Position numbers and translations under genes: made by a program. Positions 29,354 through 32,000 of a DNA stretch of 32,000 nucleotides are shown in pieces; the stretch's first letter is position 1, and every line of letters begins with the position of its first letter. The DNA lies in contig NC_006576.1 of the NCBI RefSeq assembly GCF_000010065.1, forward strand, positions 2,190,001 through 2,222,000, read 5' to 3'. The DNA comes from Synechococcus elongatus PCC 6301. GTDB taxonomy: Bacteria > Cyanobacteriota > Cyanobacteriia > Synechococcales > Synechococcaceae. Under the pieces are notes generated by a model. It made no database searches. It had not been told where the DNA came from and worked only from the letters and a program-made list of their open reading frames with translations.

Positions 29354-30415
29354 CTAAAGAAATTTTTCGAGCACTTGGCAAGTTTCTTTACCGGTGGCTT
29401 CCCAGCTGAAACGGCTGGCTTGCTGGAAGCCCCGATCGCGCAGGGACTGCCGCAGATTTGAATCGTCGATTAGGTCGCGCATGGCGGCAGCGATCGCCTC
29501 AATGCGATAGGGGTCGACGTAGAGAACGGCCTCACCGCCCACTTCTGATAGCGAAGAGCCATGGGCAGTGATCACTGGGGTGCCGCAGGCCATCGCCTCT
29601 AGAATCGGTAGGCCAAAGCCTTCCCAAAGGCTGGGATAGACGAGGGCGATCGCCTCACCAATCAGCCGCGGCAGATCGGCGTAGTCCACGTAGCGCAGGA
29701 ATTGCACCCGATCCCGCAGTCCCAAACTATGCACAAGTTGCTCTAACCGAGGTGTTTCGGAGGCATGACGACTGCCAGCGAGATACAGCTGATAGTCCGT
29801 CGGTAACTGGGCAAACGCCCGAATCAGGCGCTCTAGATTCTTGTGGGGAAACTGTTGCCCAATGTGGAGGAAGTAGTTGCTGGTTTTGCCGCTCCAAGGC
29901 TGATAGTGCTGGCGATCGTAGCCCAGGTAAATCGGCGTAATTTTCTGGGCGGGCAGTTGATAAAAATGACAGAGATCGGTAGCGGTTGCTTCCGAGTTGC
30001 AGAGCACATGACTCGCCTGCGCCACAATTTTGGGCACGACCCAGCGGAAATAGTAGGTCTGCCAAGAGTGCGATGGCAGTTGCAGGGGACGCAGATCATG
30101 AACCATCACCACCGATCGGCAGTGGCGATCAATCGGGGCTTCGGGCGCCGGTGAAAATAACAGTCGACTACCCAGCCGGCGATAGAGTTTGGGAACTTGG
30201 GTCTGGGTCCAATAGAGCCTAGCCAAGCGGGCTCTTCGCCCGCGATCGGAGCAGAGCCGCGAGGAAATGAGCTGATGGTCAAACCCCTCGTAGAGGCGAT
30301 CGCTCAGGAGGGTGGGCTGCAGCGATCGCAGATAGGGCAACAAACTGAGGGCATAGGTACTGATCCCTGTGGGCTGGCGCAGCACCATTGCCAAATTGAC
30401 TAACAGATTGCCCAC
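29354..30415 (-). CDS. Glycosyltransferase, GT4 family type
   Basis: MGNLLVNLAMVLRQPTGISTYALSLLPYL, YFLHIGQQFPHKNLERLIRAFAQLP, AIALVYPSLWEGFGLPILEAMACGTPVITAHGSSLSEVGGEAVLYVDPY. Confidence 0.92.
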   Translation of the reverse strand: MGNLLVNLAMVLRQPTGISTYALSLLPYLRSLQPTLLSDRLYEGFDHQLISSRLCSDRGRRARLARLYWTQTQVPKLYRRLGSRLLFSPAPEAPIDRHCRSVVMVHDLRPLQLPSHSWQTYYFRWVVPKIVAQASHVLCNSEATATDLCHFYQLPAQKITPIYLGYDRQHYQPWSGKTSNYFLHIGQQFPHKNLERLIRAFAQLPTDYQLYLAGSRHASETPRLEQLVHSLGLRDRVQFLRYVDYADLPRLIGEAIALVYPSLWEGFGLPILEAMACGTPVITAHGSSLSEVGGEAVLYVDPYRIEAIAAAMRDLIDDSNLRQSLRDRGFQQASRFSWEATGKETCQVLEKFL

Positions 30416-30429
30416 GATTGCGTCTGCAC

Positions 30430-31173
30430 CTAAGCCAATCCTATGAGTTTACGGCGCCCGAACTTCAGCCAATTGATCAGCCAATAAACACCACTGCGCC
30501 ATCGGCCTAAATCCGGCTGGCGACGCTGGGCTTGGAAGGTCTCAGCAAAGACTCGGCTAATGCGGGTGTTGCTTAGCCCGCCCATGCTCAGGCAGAGGAT
30601 GACTTGATTGGTGTGGACGGCCTTCAAGTCGGGCGGTAGCCGCAGGAGCCAGTCGTAGTCGCCACAGATGCGAAAGCGCTCATCAAACAGGCCAATACGA
30701 TCAAACAGCGATCGCCGCATCAGCAGTCCCGGATGACTGAGGATCATCGACTCCCGCATCCGCTGCCAATCCCAGGCATAGCCCCAGGTGCGTAGAAATT
30801 TCCCCTCGGGGCTGTAGTAGGCATTGCGCCCGCTCACCAAATCGGGCTGCCCCACAGTCAGCTCTAGCAGTTGTTGGAGAGCTGTGGGACTGGCGTAATA
30901 ATCGTCTGCACCAACGAAGGCGACATAATCGCCACTGGCGCGGGCGATCGCTTTGTTCCAAGCGTGATAGATGCCACGATCGCGCTCACTTTCCCAGTAG
31001 GTCAGGCGATCGCTCCAGCCTTGCAGCAACTCAACCGTGCCATCGCTGGAGGCATTGTCAAAGACCAAGACTTCACAATCTGCCCGTACTGTTTGTTGTT
31101 CAATACTGTCGAGACAGCGGGCTAAGCCGATCGCATCGTTAAAGGTGGCGATGATCAAAGAGAGCTTGGGCAC
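30430..31173 (-). CDS. Glycosyltransferase, GT2 (GT-A fold) family type
   Basis: PKLSLIIATFNDAIGLARCLDSIEQQT...CEVLVFDNASSDGTVELL...YWESERDRGIYHAWNKAIARASGDYVAFVGADD. Confidence 0.93.
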   Translation of the reverse strand: MPKLSLIIATFNDAIGLARCLDSIEQQTVRADCEVLVFDNASSDGTVELLQGWSDRLTYWESERDRGIYHAWNKAIARASGDYVAFVGADDYYASPTALQQLLELTVGQPDLVSGRNAYYSPEGKFLRTWGYAWDWQRMRESMILSHPGLLMRRSLFDRIGLFDERFRICGDYDWLLRLPPDLKAVHTNQVILCLSMGGLSNTRISRVFAETFQAQRRQPDLGRWRSGVYWLINWLKFGRRKLIGLA

Positions 31174-31175
31174 GC

Positions 31176-32000
31176 CTAGTACGCATTGCGACTGAGGAAG
31201 CCTTTGAGCAGCGTCATGCCAATAATCTGCAGGTCAAAGGCAAGGGACCAGTTCTCAATGTAGTAGAGGTCGTACTCAATCCGCTTGCGTAGATCCGTGT
31301 CGCCGCGCAGCCCGTTCACCTGTGCCCAGCCAGTAATTCCTGCCTTGACCATGTGTTTCTTCATGTAGTCAGGGATTTCATCCTTGAACTGCTCGACAAA
31401 CAGCGATCGCTCGGGACGAGGACCGACGATCGACATCTCACCGCGCAAGACGTTAATAAACTGCGGCAACTCATCCAAACTAGTGCGCCGTAGGAAACTT
31501 CCCAGCGGTGTGGTGGGCTTGGCGTAGGCTTTGCCCCACTGCACCCCTTTTGCTTCTGAATTCACCGGCATCGACCGGAACTTGAGCATCATAAACGGCT
31601 GCCCATTCCAGCCAATTCGCTCCTGGCGATAGAAGATTGGGCCCGGTGAGGTCAGCCTGATGCCGATCGCGATCGCCAGCATGACTGGACTCGCTAGTAG
31701 CAGAATCATGCCTGCTAAGACCTTGTCCTCGATCGCCTTGATGAAGCGATTGGAGCCCATCATCGGTGAGGCGTTGAGGTCAATGAGTGGTACGCCCAAA
31801 ACTTCTGTGAAGCCGTGGTTGATCAGCCGGAAGCTAAAGACATCAGGTATTAGGCGGATTGTCACCGTGCTGTGGCGCAACAGATGCAAAATTTCTTGGA
31901 CGCGATCCTGTGCCCGTAAGGGCAAGGCTAACCAGACTTCATGGGCGTCAAAACGATCGATCCAAGTTTCAATCTGGTCAACCTGAGCCGTGATTGGAAT
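31176..32000 (-). CDS. Sugar-phosphate (undecaprenyl-phosphate) transferase of exopolysaccharide synthesis, truncated at window end
   Basis: KAIEDKVLAGMILLLASPVMLAIAIGIRLTSPGPIFYRQERIGWNGQPFMMLKFRSM...PLGSFLRRTSLDELPQFINVLRGEMSIVGPRPE...KAGITGWAQVNGLRG. Frame stays open upstream of 31925: IPITAQVDQIETWIDRFDAHEVWLALPLRAQD... Confidence 0.93.
   Translation of the reverse strand: MPITAQVDQIETWIDRFDAHEVWLALPLRAQDRVQEILHLLRHSTVTIRLIPDVFSFRLINHGFTEVLGVPLIDLNASPMMGSNRFIKAIEDKVLAGMILLLASPVMLAIAIGIRLTSPGPIFYRQERIGWNGQPFMMLKFRSMPVNSEAKGVQWGKAYAKPTTPLGSFLRRTSLDELPQFINVLRGEMSIVGPRPERSLFVEQFKDEIPDYMKKHMVKAGITGWAQVNGLRGDTDLRKRIEYDLYYIENWSLAFDLQIIGMTLLKGFLSRNAY

Noticed and set aside
1-32000. Very frequent GCGATCGC / CGATCG repeats scattered through genes and gaps
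   Set aside because: This is the known HIP1 highly iterated palindrome of many cyanobacteria, not a local repeat array or CRISPR.

Overview
This window looks like cyanobacterial chromosome, most likely Synechococcus elongatus (PCC 7942/6301 lineage). That assignment rests on the very frequent HIP1-type GCGATCGC palindromes, psaA-psaB, cpcG and a CpcS-type lyase; it was not checked against a database. Left to right it contains: an edge-truncated lipoprotein-like gene (-), psaA-psaB with a terminator, gcvP and gcvH (-), smc, a PRC-barrel protein, speD, a small protein with a basic tail, murJ (-, frameshifted as given), sfsA, a membrane-anchored coiled-coil protein, an AT-richer stretch with an XRE-cupin regulator, a polytopic membrane protein, two tandem Rieske oxygenases (the second with two frameshifts), a UGT-like glycosyltransferase (-, frameshifted near its N-terminus), a methyltransferase-like gene (-), an MFS transporter (-), a CpcS/CpeS lyase, cpcG, pgi (-), and an exopolysaccharide-type cluster (two glycosyltransferases and a truncated sugar-phosphate transferase, all -). 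I saw no rRNA, tRNA, CRISPR array or intact transposon. Most of the window is ordinary housekeeping DNA. The parts most worth a second look are: (a) the regulator / membrane protein / tandem Rieske / glycosyltransferase / methyltransferase / MFS neighbourhood at about 18.9-25.9 kb, a possible but unproven small-molecule tailoring and export locus; and (b) at least five apparent frameshifts in three genes between 15.6 and 23.8 kb, more likely sequence errors than biology until re-sequenced. I found no convincing defence system or mobile system.
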